Positions 1-13,370 of a stretch of 64,000 bases of DNA are shown piece after piece. The notes under the pieces are model-generated. The model saw only the letters and a list, made by a program, of their open reading frames with translations, was not told the origin of the DNA and ran no database searches. The stretch comes from Amoebophrya sp. A120. Lineage: Eukaryota; Protista; Dinoflagellata. A program made the position numbers and the translations under genes. The stretch is taken from positions 1,546,833 through 1,610,832 of the forward strand of contig CAJINV010000013.1 of NCBI GenBank assembly GCA_905178155.1, read 5' to 3'. How positions within the stretch are numbered: the stretch's first letter is position 1; each line of letters begins with the position of its first letter.

Positions 1-1820
1 CACTTGTCGAGTTGGTCTGTTGCTGTTGCAGCTCTTGTTCTACTACGTCGAAGTAGATATTGTCGAAAAAGTAGGTTCTGTCGTTAAAGTCGTTTGCAAA
101 CGCGAAGGTCTCCCGCGACGCCCATGGCTTCTCGCTGTTGGTGCTGGCCAAGTGGGGCACCAGCACCTGGGAGAGGAAAAATACCACCTTGGCCGCGTCG
201 TTCACCGCGAAATTGTACTGCGCCACCTCGTATCAAATGCAAACATGTCCGGGCCTGGAAGAAAGCAGACACTTGTCAAGCAGTTTTGGCATATGCAATA
301 AGTATAGTAAGTCTCTGATGCGTTCTCGTCGCACAGAGCGTGAAAAATTGAATGATTCTGCGGAGACTTGGACTTCTCCATGGCTAATCTGCATGAAAAA
401 TCGCTCCCTCCTGGGCTGCTCAAAAATCCCGTTATGTTTTGCTGACTTTAGTACAACACAGCTTTTATTTTGTATCTTCCACAATGCGCAGCGCAACAAG
501 TTCACACTTTATTTCCAGACCCAGACAAATATCTGCAATGCATACGTCGACTAGCCGCGCGTTGGGGGTCTTCTCGCTGACCGGAGGAGCGAGGGGTCCC
601 GTGAGAATGTCCTGCTCAAACGTTTTTTGGTCAGTGAAGTGAAAAATGGTGGCATAGGGGTTCTTAGTAGACGTCGAGGAGGCCGGTGCCCCCGCACTGA
701 GATCGTAAAGACCGGTGTCATCTGTCCACTTGGACGCCACACGCTTGTAAAAGTCCTCCAGGATCAGATTCAATCCCGGCACAGGAGCGTACTCGACGTC
801 AGCGCTGCCACTCGTAGAAGTGCTGGCATAATCCGTGAATGGGCGCATCTTATCTTGCACCAGTATCGGCTTATACTCCTCCCAGAGGGTCTGTGCAGTT
901 TCGTTCGACCGCAAAAACTGCAGAAACTGGCGCTGCTGACGGTCAAAGTCCTGCTTCGTGGTCTTCGGATACCACGCGGTGGCCCAGGAGGTGGACAGCT
1001 GCTCCACGTCCTGGCCGTAGTTCTCCTCTGTGGGGCTTGGGGGGAAGCCGTGAAGCAGGTTGGGCGGGGGACGCGGGAAGGATTCCACCGTTGGGTGTAG
1101 GTATTCCGTCCGCAAAGGGATTCGCATGTCGTTGGGGCGGAAGAACATCTGCAGCAATTGAAAACACCCCAAAGCGAGAATGAGGAGGTAAGACCGGCAG
1201 AACGTGAGCCACCGCAGGTTCAGCCAGTGCACGTCGCAATTCTTCTGCCACAGCAGCCCGCAGTTGCCGCACCACCGCTTTTGGCAGCAGCAGCAGTAGC
1301 ACCGGCAAGGCGCGGGCGCAACAATGGGATGCAGCACCTCTCTGTGGTCTCTTTTTTCTTTCCTCGGACCGCGCTGCTGTTGTTCATGTTCTACTTGCGT
1401 GCCACTGCCACCTTTCTTCCTACTTTCCCGCAGAGCAGCTCCGGAAAGGGGCGAGCGACTGGTTCTGTTGATGGTACCACTTTCCTCCTCGGCAGCCCCC
1501 GCAGCGGCGGCGACAGGGGCGCCCACCACGAGTTCTTGTGAGGATTTTGTAGTAGGCTTCTCCCCATCGGCAGCGTCTCCCGGAACAGGGGGATCAACAT
1601 CGCCCACTGTCTTAATACTTCTTATCATCGATACCTTCGACTTGGGCCGGTCGACGATCTGCGACATCGCTTCTACTTCTTCAAGATCCACTTCTTCAAG
1701 ATCAAGATGCGATGTAGAGATCAGGTCATAGCGAAACAGGTGCTGAGGGGCTAGACTTAAATAGGATGTGCGTGGCTTTCTAAAAACGTCGCGACGGCAG
1801 GGTAGTACTTGGGGAACCAA
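1..1820 (-). CDS. Hypothetical type II membrane protein, 3' end runs off the window; one IE intron (231-544)
   Basis: ORF 465-1820 has one hydrophobic segment (SYLLILALGCFQLLQMFF). Removing the IE plus 5 bp continues the frame (RLVD-VAQYNFAVNDAAKVVFFLSQVLVPHL...) open to base 1. Start codon uncertain. Confidence 0.7.
231..544. mobile_element. Introner element, family A (TIR TATCAAATG..ATGTC.GG..CTGGAA)
   Basis: TIRs at both ends; flanks CCTCG/CGTCG; can be spliced as GT-AG one base outside the TIR. Confidence 0.85.
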
Positions 1821-3004
1821 AACAAAAAGAAAAAATTCCTAAGCAAGGAGACATCACAACGAAGCATTGGGGAAAGAAACCGAACTACCGTTGAGATGAG
1901 ACTTACTAATGCTGGTCTGGATAGTAGTGCTGGTGGAATTCAGCTGGGGCAAAAATCGTGCAGATGTTTTTACTTCATCAAACTCCGAACTTCATGCAAG
2001 AAGAACGAAAATGAGGAACGAAAGACGCACGATAGCACAATGAAACGCGAGTAGATAAGAACCATCGACTGAAGGTGCACGGCGGAGAACGTAACTGAGG
2101 ACGTACAAGGCTGCGAATTTGAGCAGAATCAGTCGTTTCAACATGAAGAACGATTTAAAGACGATGAATACGAATTTCAACATACGAAAATCAAGTACAA
2201 AGACGATGACATTATAGCCTGTGGCAATTTGACATGAAAATCAATGCACGGAATCTTTACACTGTCAGTCTTGAGAACCTCCTTCTATGCTATCGGACGC
2301 GATGCTTGTGTTTGTGAGGAGCAGGATGAGTAAAAAGCTGCAGAACATTGTTGTTGAACCACACAGGAAGTTGTTTTTGTTGCCTACCTGCCGGCGTGCC
2401 TGTGCCTACCTGCTCAACATACTAGCTGCAACGACAAAAAATATCGCCTCCTGAAAGCGCAAATAAACAACCGGTCTCAAATTTATTTCAAAAACAGCCT
2501 CCGCGAACGGACATAGTCTGCAATCATTCAAAGTGAAAACGTACACGGTGCGACAGCAGCGCAAGCCAACAAGAACTGAAACATTTCGTTAAGGTACAGT
2601 GAATTAGGGCCTTAGCCTGTTTTCTTTATGCATAGTAAAAAGTTAAAGCTAACAACGAGCGAGCACGATGATGTTTGAAGTTGGTATAATCGGAAACACA
2701 TAACATATTCTGGATAAGTAGTTTCTTCGTGCGAATAAGTCTCTGTCTGATTGTGGCTGGATTTTATTTGGAAAAATTGCTCCACCTGATAGCATCTTCC
2801 AGCACCATCTCACTGGAGATTGTTTACTTCAGGTAAAATTCATCGTGAGAAAATGTTCTACTTTTACATATACAGAACTGGAGAACAAGAAGTTGTGATG
2901 TACTGATTTTGGAGATGCTGTCGTCTCAATTTCTACTGCTGTCCTGCAACGGTGGACGAGATCTTTTTATCAATTTTCGACAAGACCTCGAAACAAGGAC
3001 CTCC

Positions 3005-6000
3005 TCACCGCGCAACCCAAGTGCGCGCATTGGCCAGCGCCATGTTGAATCGGTCCCAGCCACTGGACCTGGCCCCGTTGCTCCGGCTAGTGCCTGCATT
3101 GGTGGTGGTGGGAGATGACCGCAGAAAGTTGCTCCACCGCCTCGCTGATGTATCTCCGTCATCGCTCTTCAGTTTTGCGTCCTCCTTGTCATTCCGCAGC
3201 TTCTCCGCAAACACCACACTGAAATACTTGTACTGCATATCCTCAGTAAAAACGTACCCACGCCAGAGTTGTAATGCAGATTTGCAAAGACAGGAAGACT
3301 TGTAATGCGCATCCCCATGCGAGCCATTTCCAATCGTATTTTGGAACTTGTGATGCTGTTAACAGGATGAGCAGATGAATCTGTGATGCGGCTGCACTTG
3401 CTAACCTGCACTACGCTGCATAGTGCAACTTGTCATGCGTGACTCACAAAACTCCTAGGCTTGTGTTGCAAAATCCCCATCCTGACTCTGGTGTGGGTAC
3501 GTTTTTACTCAGGATACTGCAGCAGTTCTTTTTGCTGCGGGTCTGTCAGATACGTCTGCTTGAACACATTGCTGTTCTCGATGGCTCTCCCGAGTACTTG
3601 CCCCGTCGCTTGTTTCATGAGGTACCGCATGAGCAGTTCCATCGGTGGCGAGGACGGCGGAAGAGGATCGGTTTTGGGTAGTTGGTCTTGTTCCGCCCCA
3701 TACGCATTTTCAATATTTGTTGTTCGTCCAGAGGAGGCACTACTAGTTGTACTAGCGACCCCCTCCTTCTGGAACCTTTTCTTGTTATAACTGCCGCTCG
3801 ACACGGCTAGCGCAGATGTTGAAGTGCCACCCTGTTGCCGTAGATCCGCCTCGACTACCTCCTCCTCTTTCAGATTGAAAACTTGCAAGAACTCGTTCAG
3901 CGGCAAGATGGCTTGCAGCCGCGTCTTCAGCTCCTCGAGGCCGTCGAACCACTGCCACAGCGCAAACAGAAAGGGGTAGAAATTCGCTTCGTCAAAGTCA
4001 AAGCAGTGAAAGTATTCGAGAATGACCTTCTGGAACACATCCCGAAAGACCCGCTGCTCCAGTTCATTCTTCAAGTTGATGCGGTTTTGCAGCGCGAAAC
4101 TGTACGTCAACAGATGGCTCTGCTTCTCCTGGCTGTGCTCGCTGGCCCAGGTGGTGATGGCGGCCTTGCCCACGTCAAAGTACTCGTTCATGATTTTCGT
4201 CTGCAGGCGTTCATCGCACACAAAATGGCTTTTTTTCTTATTGCCCTTGCCCTGTTCATCAACATCATTCCGCAGCTTAAAGTAAATCCCAACGACGTGC
4301 TCCACGTTCTCGGCCCAGATCCGCAGGCGGCTGTCGTCCGCGTCGCTGACGTCTATGGGTCTGGCACTGGCCAAATCCGGGACCGGATCTTCGAACGCCC
4401 CCAGCAGCGCAGCCTGCTTCAAGGCGTGCGTTTTTGCGCACAGCAGGTCGTTGTGCAAATCCGCACTCTTGCTGGAAAATTTCCCGAAAAAGCGCGAAAG
4501 AATCGACTGCTTCAAGCGTCGCGCCTTCACGACCTCCTGCTGTGTCTTTCTGTCATCATCTTGCAGTTTCTCTTTAGTACCTTCCGACGATGCAACAAGG
4601 GACGACGCAGATGAACCCGACCTCGAAACAGGTGCTGGTTTCCGCTTGTTGCGCCAGTAAATTTCAGGATCCGCAAAGGTGACGCTAACAACCCGCTTCT
4701 TGGTGGGCTTGGAATTAGTGTCTGAGTGCGCCGCCCACATCTTCTTATTGCTGCCTCTCGACGCAGGAGTTGCACCAGAGTCCTCGTAGAAGTGAAAAAG
4801 CAAATTGGACAAATCCGGGCGGCCGTGGAATGCCCCCGCTTTATCCTTCATCTCGCGGCCGGGGCAGGCTTCGTGAATCCAGAGCCGGAACGCTTGCGTG
4901 AAGGCGTGCACAGCCGACGAGTAAAAGCGGATGCGCAACCGGTGGTACACTCTCTGCGCACCGAACCCGGCCGCCGCACTGCGGGTGCTTTCAACAAGGT
5001 TGGGATTCGAGGCGAGACTGAACCTTGCCATCATAGCAGTCTGCTGGTTCTGGTGTACGACCGCGGCCCGCGGAACAGATGCACCATCTTCCACGGTACC
5101 ACTACCGGTCTCGTCGAGCGCGGAGGGGTCGGAGATTCGAGCGTAGGTCAGGAACTCGCTGCCATCGACGGTCTGGTGTTCCCCATGGTCGTCGTCGAGG
5201 GATTCAGCATCCTCGTCCGGGGGGCGGACCAGCAGCTGGCTGTAGTGCGACCTGAGCACGGAGACAATGGGGTCGTAGTACCGATCATCCAGCTGAATGC
5301 GGCCTCCGGCCTCGAGGATCTCCTGCTTCGTCTATTACAATGAAAAATGCAGCCCCCACCCCAGAACTTGCAAAAGTTTCTGATGCAAAGTTTCCAAGTG
5401 AAAACTCTCTGTCTTGCATGGAAGGACTGCGAGTCTTTCTGATGCAGAATCTAGGTGCGCAAGGTATCTTTTGCATAAGAGATCCGGCTGCTGCTGGGCT
5501 CTTTGCAATACAAATTCATTGAGCTATTCACCATGGAAAATTTGTGACGCTGCTATATGCAAGACGAAGACGGGAAATGTGTCTATTGGAAAAGTTTGCA
5601 ATACAAATGCTGCCAAGTAGTTCTGATTCGGGGCATTTTTCGTTTGCATATCGTCCGCGGCTTCCTCACCTTCCGCATCGCCCCGGTCAACTCCGCCCCG
5701 AAATGGTCCAGCTCCGTGGGTGGTTCCACGCCCGCGCCGGAGGCCTCCACCGCGAGCGGGTTGGAAGAAAACATCTTCAACGCCTTCCCCTGCCGCTCTG
5801 CAGCCGCGTCGAGAGTCGCCAGATGTGGGAAGGGCATTTGGAAGTCGTACTCGAGCGACTGACCCTTGTGCCAGGGAGTGCGCACCCGCAGCGCAAACCG
5901 CATCTGCTGCAGAACCGCCCTTTCGCTCTTCATCCGAAGCCGCAGCAACACCCCTACGGCGTCTCGAAAGGATCGGAACCCGTTAGCCAGTACGAACACC

Positions 6001-8731
6001 GCCTGTCCGTACCGCGTCCGTGCCTCGCTAATTACGTGCTCGCGGCGCTTGGTCGTTTTCAAATGATTGGCCTCGGCAATCTGCGAGGGCACGCCAAGGA
6101 TTTCTGGCAGATACAGTCCCTTCTGGAGCAGGTTTTGCCGCTGGTCCTGCTCCTGCTCTTCCACAGCAAACAACTCATGTAGATAGGCACGCTCTGCCCG
6201 CAATTTCTCGCGGAACACCCCGGGGCGAAGCATCTTTAAGACCAGATGTTCCGGCGGTAGCACGACACTGGACTCCCAGGATCCGTCGCCACCATCGGGC
6301 ATGCGATCCCCACCAAGTAGATCATGATCATGATCAAAAAAATAGTGCATGTAGCCAGATCTTCTTTGACTTTGTACTAAGAACGAGCTGCTGCTCGTCG
6401 CTTCTGTCACTTCACCACGTGGCCCGTCCGTGGGCCGGGGCGACGTCCTCGCCGTCTCATCTCCACCTGCTGCGCCCTCTTCTGGCTGTTGTTGAATCAG
6501 GTGAAAGCTTTCCCCGAAAGCAGAAGCAAGGTCGGAAATGCGCAGCGGCCGTTGATCCTTGTGGGATTTTTTGCCCGTGATCAGCTCTTGCAAATTCACC
6601 ACGAAAGTGTTATCGCTTGTCTCCTCCACGACACAATCCTCGAAGAGCGATTGAAAAGTGACTTCCGTGTGATACAGTCGCCCAAAAATGGCCCCCGCCG
6701 ACGTGTCTGCATCACTCGCGGTGCCACTTTCACTCAAAGCGCCACTTCTTGTTGCCCCCTGAGGAATATAGAGACGGTAGTCATAGTCCTCGTACATCAA
6801 ACAGCCGTCTTCGTCCTTCTTGTCGCTCTGCTTGTACCTGGGTGCTGGGGCTCCTGTTCGTGATGTTGGCTGTACTTTTTCGTGCAGTTGCCCCAGCCGT
6901 GCTGCCAGCGTGCTTTGCACAACATCAAGGGGAGACGGCGTAACTTCTTGCCCACGAAACTCCCGGTTTACCACATTCGTGTACTTCCAAAGGCTCCGGC
7001 CGTGATTCACCTTGACACCAAACTGGTGAAAAGTAGACAACAACACCGGGCCGGAATCCTCAAAAATGCGCACCAGCTCGAAGCAGGAGTTTGCTTCTAG
7101 GAGCCGCACGCAACCCTGCGGGGGCTGTCCGGGCGACGACTCCGCGCACGCCCCAAGCGCCACCGAGGTCGCCTCTGGGGCGGTTTTCTCAAAGTAGTAC
7201 TCCAGGTAGGAAAACAGGATCGGAATCTTCACGGACAGGTGAATTTTCTCGAAATAGTTTTCTACGAACGTCGGGACGATCGTCTCAGTAAGCGGATCAG
7301 CAAGCAAGACGTTCTGGCCTTTCTCTTTTTCGCGAAAAAACTGCTCGCTGTAGATGTTTTTTTCTAGTTCCTGCTGGAAGAGACCGGGAAATGTTTCCGC
7401 GCACGGCACCACGGTGGGCTTGTGATGATTTTTCATTTCCGCCGGAAGAACATACGGCGCCGCATAACTCGCGACGGAAACCGGTGCGGCTTGCAGCAAA
7501 TCGCTCAGCGTCAGTTTCTTCAACCGCGCCACACTATGGAACTGTCAGAATCGAAATCGACAAAGTTGAAATGATTTGTCATGCATAAAATGGATGCCAG
7601 TTGGAGCCCAGTTTTCAAGTGGCGCATGACAAATTTTGGTGGTTCCTAAATCCAGTTTGTAATGCTGTTTGGGTAAGGAAGACGCCTTTTGTCATGCTAC
7701 TTCCGCAGCTCTATTTCTCCCCCTCAAGAGGCTGACAATCTGCCTCCGTTGCCTACTCTGCAAGACAGACACTTTGTGGGTTGCATTTTATGCATCACAA
7801 ATTTTTTCAACTTTGACGATTTCAATCCTGACGCTTCCATACACACTTTCCGCACCGTAGAATTCCGCCAGCCTCTTTTCTATCAAATGTAAAAATGTCT
7901 GGGTCTGGAAACTTGTGATGCTGGGGGGCGTCTCATGATGAGGCCACAAGTACTGGCTCAGCATGACAAGTTTCTGAGCTTCTAGGTATTGCCTATTCTG
8001 CATGACAAACTGCGTTTCTGCATCACAGAAAAGTGTAGCTCTTGAGCAACGTGCATGACAGATTTAAGAGTCATGCCAGACAAGCATGACAAACACGCAT
8101 TCTTCCAGACCCAGACATTTTTACATTTCATATCTTCTACGTTGGCGCAACTGGTGTCTGGGCCGCAGATTTTCTCAAGCAAAAGTCGCGGCTTCGCGTC
8201 GCCGGCGAGAAACGCGGCGGGAAGGAGCGCGGTTGTACTATCAGCGGCCGTGCTTTCCTCTCCTTTTCCAACCTGGAGCAGTTGACTGCTGCTGCGCGAG
8301 GACGAGGATCCTTGTTCCCAAGAAGAACTCCCTCTCCACCTCGAGTTCGTGCCACCAACGGTCGGCGCGTATGTCGTACCATCTCCGTCGACGTCCTCCA
8401 CATCCTCGTCTGCCCCAAAAGTTATTTGATCCTCGTCGTCTTCGTTTCGGTTGTAGTTCCCCCCGTCGGGATGGATAAGAACCGCAGAAAAAGTAGGCCC
8501 ACGGTGAAGACGTCGATGCTCTTCGTCTTCTGCTGCAGAAGTAGATGCTGTTGTACCTGTAACTGTCTGCTCGGTCATCTCCTGCTGTTCCTCTTCTGCC
8601 GGTTTTGAAAACACTGCACTTGTTATTTTACTGCCATCTAGTAAAGCGAGTAGGAGACTGAGAAAACACGTTCTTGACGCCGCCGCCACCGACGTCCAGC
8701 GCGGGGAGGTGGTCCACGCGACGTGCTCCAT
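3005..8731 (-). CDS. Large (~1517 aa) hypothetical protein with signal/anchor-like N-terminus; 5 exons joined across 4 IEs
   Basis: ORFs 7982-8761, mini-exon 7842-7880, 5583-7532, 3505-5259 and 3005-3238 join in frame: NVE-EKRLAEFYGAESV-ARLKK, KPRT-KQEILEAGG, ELLQ-YKYFSV. Confidence 0.8.
3238..3516. mobile_element. Introner element, distinct family (TIR TATCCT.AGTAAAAACGTACCCAC.CCAGAGT)
   Basis: ~32-bp TIR; perfect CTGCA direct repeat; frame restored on removal. Confidence 0.9.
5333..5650. mobile_element. Introner element, family C (TAT....GAAAAATGC.CCC)
   Basis: Imperfect TIR; perfect TCGTC direct repeat; frame restored. Confidence 0.85.
7535..7841. mobile_element. Introner element, family B (TATGGAA..GTCAG.AT.GAAATCG.CAAAGTTGAA)
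   Basis: TIR; perfect CACAC direct repeat; frame restored. Confidence 0.9.
7881..8132. mobile_element. Introner element, family A
   Basis: 30-bp near-perfect TIR; flanks TTTTC/TCTTC; frame restored. Confidence 0.9.
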
Positions 8732-9903
8732 GTTCAATACACGTGGACGAGAGGACGCCACTTTCCTTCTTTCAAAAACTTACTGCACTTTCTTTTTCCT
8801 TTATATAGGCAAAAAAAAACCTCCACCTCCTTGCGGAAAGGAAAACAACATAAAATTCATTGGATTCATTCTGTGCTGGCATTTATACAAAATGGCACAC
8901 ACTGCTCCTCTTCGTAGATTTAGGCTTGAGGGTTTATTTTCTTTTTGTTTACCACGACCCGGCTTTCAAATACGATTCGGACTCCCACGAAGCAATATAT
9001 TTGTATTTAGCACGACAAAAACAGAATCTGCACGAGCGGATCTATGTATCACAGTACCACAGCCATGTGCGCGCTGGCATAGTACCTGAAACAGAAACTT
9101 TTGCCAATTGTTCTTCCGCGCAACCATTTACGAGCATGAGCACCACGCTCTCCCCTATATATAAATCTCCTGACAAGTGATGAACAACATCATCAAGTCG
9201 TCAATGATAGATCAACACCGACATCACTAAGAGCACCAGTGCACTTTACGACGAAGGGAAAAGAGTCGAACTAGATTATCCTCGGGTATAGATAATACCG
9301 TGTAGTATACGATAAACGTACAGCGCCCCGCCTGCACAAGAAGAATTTCACTTACTTCCGCCTGCAACACGACACGAGCAAAGAAGATGGCAGCCACCAG
9401 AGTGGAAGTTGAACTAATTTAGTAGAACAACAGGGGATCGATGGCGATGGAATCTTGTTGCGGCTTTTCCTCCGGACGAAACTATCGGGCGGCCGTGTAT
9501 GATTTGTTCCTAGGAAGTCGCTTAAAGTTGTTGCTCAAATAAAATCTGTTTTCAAATAAAATCATCAAAAGATTTTATTTTCATTATTTCCACACGGAGG
9601 AACGGGTGGTCGTGACTACACACGAAGTCGCTACACTTTTACTATTGTACTCACTTACTTCAATCACAGTCGTTGATGTCATTGTCGCTTTTTGAAAAAA
9701 TCTCTTTCGCAGGAGCTACTCACGAGTCATATTGCGCTCCTCGTCCTGTAGGTGCAAGAATTAACATTTCCTGTCCTTCTAAAAGCAAAACGTAGCCTAC
9801 GTCGTGTGAAATAAAGATAAACCAACTTTCATCTGCTTCTTGACGGGCGGCAAAGAGCTGGCATTTTTGCGGTGCTCTGATTTTTTCAGCTGTGGTCTCC
9901 TCG

Positions 9904-10815
9904 TCAATGCTTCTTCTCCGCTGCCGCCGCAGGTCGGACGCCGCCACTCGACGAGGACGCAGAATTTGTTCGCGTCTTGATCTTTTTTCTTCGGGAAGCA
10001 TGATAGAGGTCGCTCGTAAAGTCGTAGGGAATGGAAATCGCAAAGTTAGAACAACTCGAAGAGGACACTGTGTTGGTTGTACAACTCATCGACGCCCTCT
10101 TGTTCACGTCCTCGACGTCGGTGCTCCTTGTTGACGTTGAAAAGGCAGCGGCATTGGAAAGCACCTTCCGACGCTTCAACGCTTTTCCTTCAGTGTCCTC
10201 GTCCACCGCAACACAAGAACTGCTAGTGAAAGAAGAACCAGCAGCCGTCTGGCCATCTTCCACTTGACAGTCTGCTTTGTCCTGTACTAGTCCATCATTC
10301 AGATGACGACACAGACGGTCTTCACAATCAGCTGGTTCATCTCCGTCCGCAAGGATGAAGGACTCTGTCGCTGTACTAGTGTCAAACAGTGCAGCCCGGC
10401 GTCCCTTGCTTCTCTCCAAGAAGGCTTCCATTTTCGAGACCACCTCGTAGATGCGCTTCGGGAATTTGTTGCGAAAGTACTCGTCGCGCAGGCAGAGATT
10501 CACCGTCTCGATGAAGGCATACTGCAGCCTGCGCAACAGATCGGATTTCCGCAACCGCTTCCAAATCTCGTCCACGTCCGCGCCCAGCGACGGAAAAAAG
10601 GTCAGGTCCGACAAATTTTTTCGCAACAAAGCCGTTCTGATGATCTTGGAATTCTGCACGCCTCCTCCAGTTGTTGATGTTGTCTTCGCGGTAGTTGTTG
10701 GCGCACTAGCACTGAGTGGTCCTTGATGTTTCATGTGCGCTGCGCCAGCTGCCCGTGCTTTCCGTTCCAAAAAGTCCTGCTCCTCCTTTTCCAAAACCGA
10801 CGCGACACTATCCAA
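9904..10815 (-). CDS. Hypothetical protein or terminal exon
   Basis: 303-aa ORF without an ATG start, preceded on the minus strand by ACTAAC, a pyrimidine tract and AG, like a canonical acceptor. Confidence 0.5.
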   Translation of the reverse strand: MDSVASVLEKEEQDFLERKARAAGAAHMKHQGPLSASAPTTTAKTTSTTGGGVQNSKIIRTALLRKNLSDLTFFPSLGADVDEIWKRLRKSDLLRRLQYAFIETVNLCLRDEYFRNKFPKRIYEVVSKMEAFLERSKGRRAALFDTSTATESFILADGDEPADCEDRLCRHLNDGLVQDKADCQVEDGQTAAGSSFTSSSCVAVDEDTEGKALKRRKVLSNAAAFSTSTRSTDVEDVNKRASMSCTTNTVSSSSCSNFAISIPYDFTSDLYHASRRKKIKTRTNSASSSSGGVRPAAAAEKKH

Positions 10816-10931
10816 GGGAAAAAGTAAAAGTGTTAGTTACTTACTAGTACTACACCAGTGCAAAATAAACAGTCTGCATAGAATAAGCATTCATGCGACC
10901 GATTTGGCATAGAAGATTCTGCAGTGTGTAA

Positions 10932-13370
10932 CTACAACACTTTTTTCTTTGCATAAGTGACTACGTTCATGTAGTTCGGAAACTCCTCAGCCCAGAAATA
11001 GGCGCCCTCGATCACAAACTTTTCGAACGGGTCGATCTTCGTGCCTGTCCTCTTTGTCATGCTGTTAGTGAGGTCGTTGATAATTTCATCTTCGTCGCCT
11101 TCACCACCACAGGAGCTGCTGATATTTTTACAACTACCTGCATCTTTATACAAACCACGTTCCATGTCGGCCACAACATCGTAGTGCCTCGAGGAGGACG
11201 TCGTTTTATTGTCGTCCAAAAATTGTGGTCTCTTATCGCGGAGGTAGATGTGGCAGTCCTCGAGGTAGTCGACCGAATCGATCCACCGGTCCGCGATGTC
11301 GGTCAGCCGCTCCACCATGTCGTCCTTCACGTCCTCCAGTTCGTTCTCGGGCATCGCCATGTCCTCGTACTTTTCCATGCCGACCGTGTCGAATCCCTTC
11401 CACTTGTTGCTCATGGACAGGAAATGCGCCACGTGCGTCTTGTTCAGTGTGATAATGTATCAAATATAAAAATGTCTGGGTCTGGAAGATTGCAACTTGT
11501 CATGCTAAATCTGCAGCATGCAAAAATCTGTGTTGCATGCTTACCAAAAGTCGCCCAATTTTGACCAAGTCGGGAGGTAGTTTCTCATGCAGGATAGGCA
11601 TTAGAAAGTTCTCGCAGAATCTGTCATGCTAGCTCCGGCATTCCAGACCTCATGAGTCATGGAAAAGCAGCATGACAAATCGCGCATTCTTCCAGACCCA
11701 GACATTTTTACACTTGATATAATGGATTCGTACGCGCAGATGTTCAGTTGGTGGGTGATCGTCGGTGTCGGTGACAAAGAAGTCGGTGGACAACGGCTAT
11801 GAAGTAGACCTTGGTGGTCCTTCTTGTTTTTGTTCGCCCCTGCAGCTTCGCCCTGCTCTATTTGAAGATGTCTTTGTTCATCATCAGGCCAGCACCGTGT
11901 TTGCCCTTGTTCCACCACCGGGGCGGGGGGCTCCGTGACCGACAGCGTGACGTGCGGAACGCCGCCGGTGAAGTAAAACACATCGCCCGGCTTGATCAGA
12001 CAGACCGCCGCGGCCTTCTGCAGCAAGGACAGTTCCAGGTCCGGCAGTTTCATCTTGATGTTGTTGACTTTTACTTGTTTTTCCGTTTGTTCTGTAGTGT
12101 TGGTCCGCTTGTCCTTCAGTTTTTTAGTACCTGCATCCTCTTCTGCTCCTTCGTCCATCACCCGTGGATCCTCTTGTTCGCCACAGCTTGATGTTCTTTC
12201 AACTTGTTCAACTACGGGGACCCGGGGTAGAAACAGGCAGTCGGACACCTTTGTCAGCAGCTCACTGGTGGTCTGCACCGGCCACGCGGCCAGCAGCTTG
12301 TAGCCGGTCCAGTTTTTGCCGATGTTCTGCCACAGAATCTGGTCGATGTGCAGCGCCTTGCCACTGCGGTCGCCGCCGAGAAACACACCCTCGTCGTACC
12401 GGTCCCAATACAGCGTGTAGTCGCCGTACTCCGCGCACACGTCGCGCATGTCCCGCTTCAGACTCGTGCGCACCTTCTCCTTCCGCTGCAGCGGGTGGTA
12501 GATCTCGTGGTTGTACCGCAACTCGGTCATGTACAACGTGTTCTCAATCTTCCCCGCAGGTTTTGCGGACGTCGGTGGCGACGTAGTAGACGTACTAGCA
12601 GTGCCAGCATCATGATCCGTACTAGTAGTTTTACTACTTTCTCGTTCTCGCTGCAGCAAACTTTCCAGTGCGGTAATCTGCGAACTCAGGTCCTTGGCCT
12701 TGCAGACCTCCTTCTGGTACAGAAGCTTGCATGAAGATGTTGATGAGGCACAATTAGAAGTAGAGGTAGCAGGAGCAGTAGTAGTTTTATCTGCCTGCAG
12801 TCCATCTGTGCTTCTGCTTTTCGGAAGCTGCAGGCTCTTGCACTGCTCTGGCGGGTCCTCCCGGTCGTGCTGGTAACTCTGACACGTCGTAGGTTCTGTC
12901 TCCGCCGGGCTCGCTTCCCCCTCAGTGGTGGAGGTCGGGGACGGAGCGATAAACGATCCCGCTGTGGCCGTGGTCGCGGCACACGAGTACAACAAGTTCT
13001 TCTCCGCGAAAACGTTTTTAGTACTCGCATCTGTTGTAGTTCCCTCCGTGGTTCCTTCGCCCCCTCTTGCAGGAGGAACTCCTCCTGCGTCAGCACCACC
13101 ATCATCCTCACAGACGGTGACTGGTTCTACTTTGACGTCCTTCTCCACCAGGTACTGCACGCGGGCCTTGTACTTTTCCTCCAACCCGCGCTTCCGAATC
13201 TCGAGCAGGAATTCGCGCACATTTCCCGCCTGCAGCAGGCACTCCGCGAGCTCGGGCTCGAAACAGTCCTTAATCTCCAGCTGCAGCTTCCGACAACCGT
13301 CGCCTGTGTTGAGCACGACCGAGGAGTTGGGTAAAGATGCAAATAGGATAAACCAAGTAGAAGTACACAA
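10932..13370 (-). CDS. JmjC/cupin-like 2-oxoglutarate-Fe(II) oxygenase domain protein; one IE
   Basis: FLGGDRSGKALHID (HxD), GYKLLAAWP and IKPGDVFYFTGGVPH (distal His). IE removal joins YESI-ITLNKTHVAHF. Upstream exons may lie at 13520-14182. Confidence 0.75.
11458..11719. mobile_element. Introner element, family A
   Basis: TIR; perfect TAATG direct repeat; frame restored. Confidence 0.9.

Noticed and set aside
3883-5343. Plus-strand ORFs antisense to long minus-strand ORFs
   Set aside because: Shadow ORFs caused by GC-rich codon usage; no recognisable motifs
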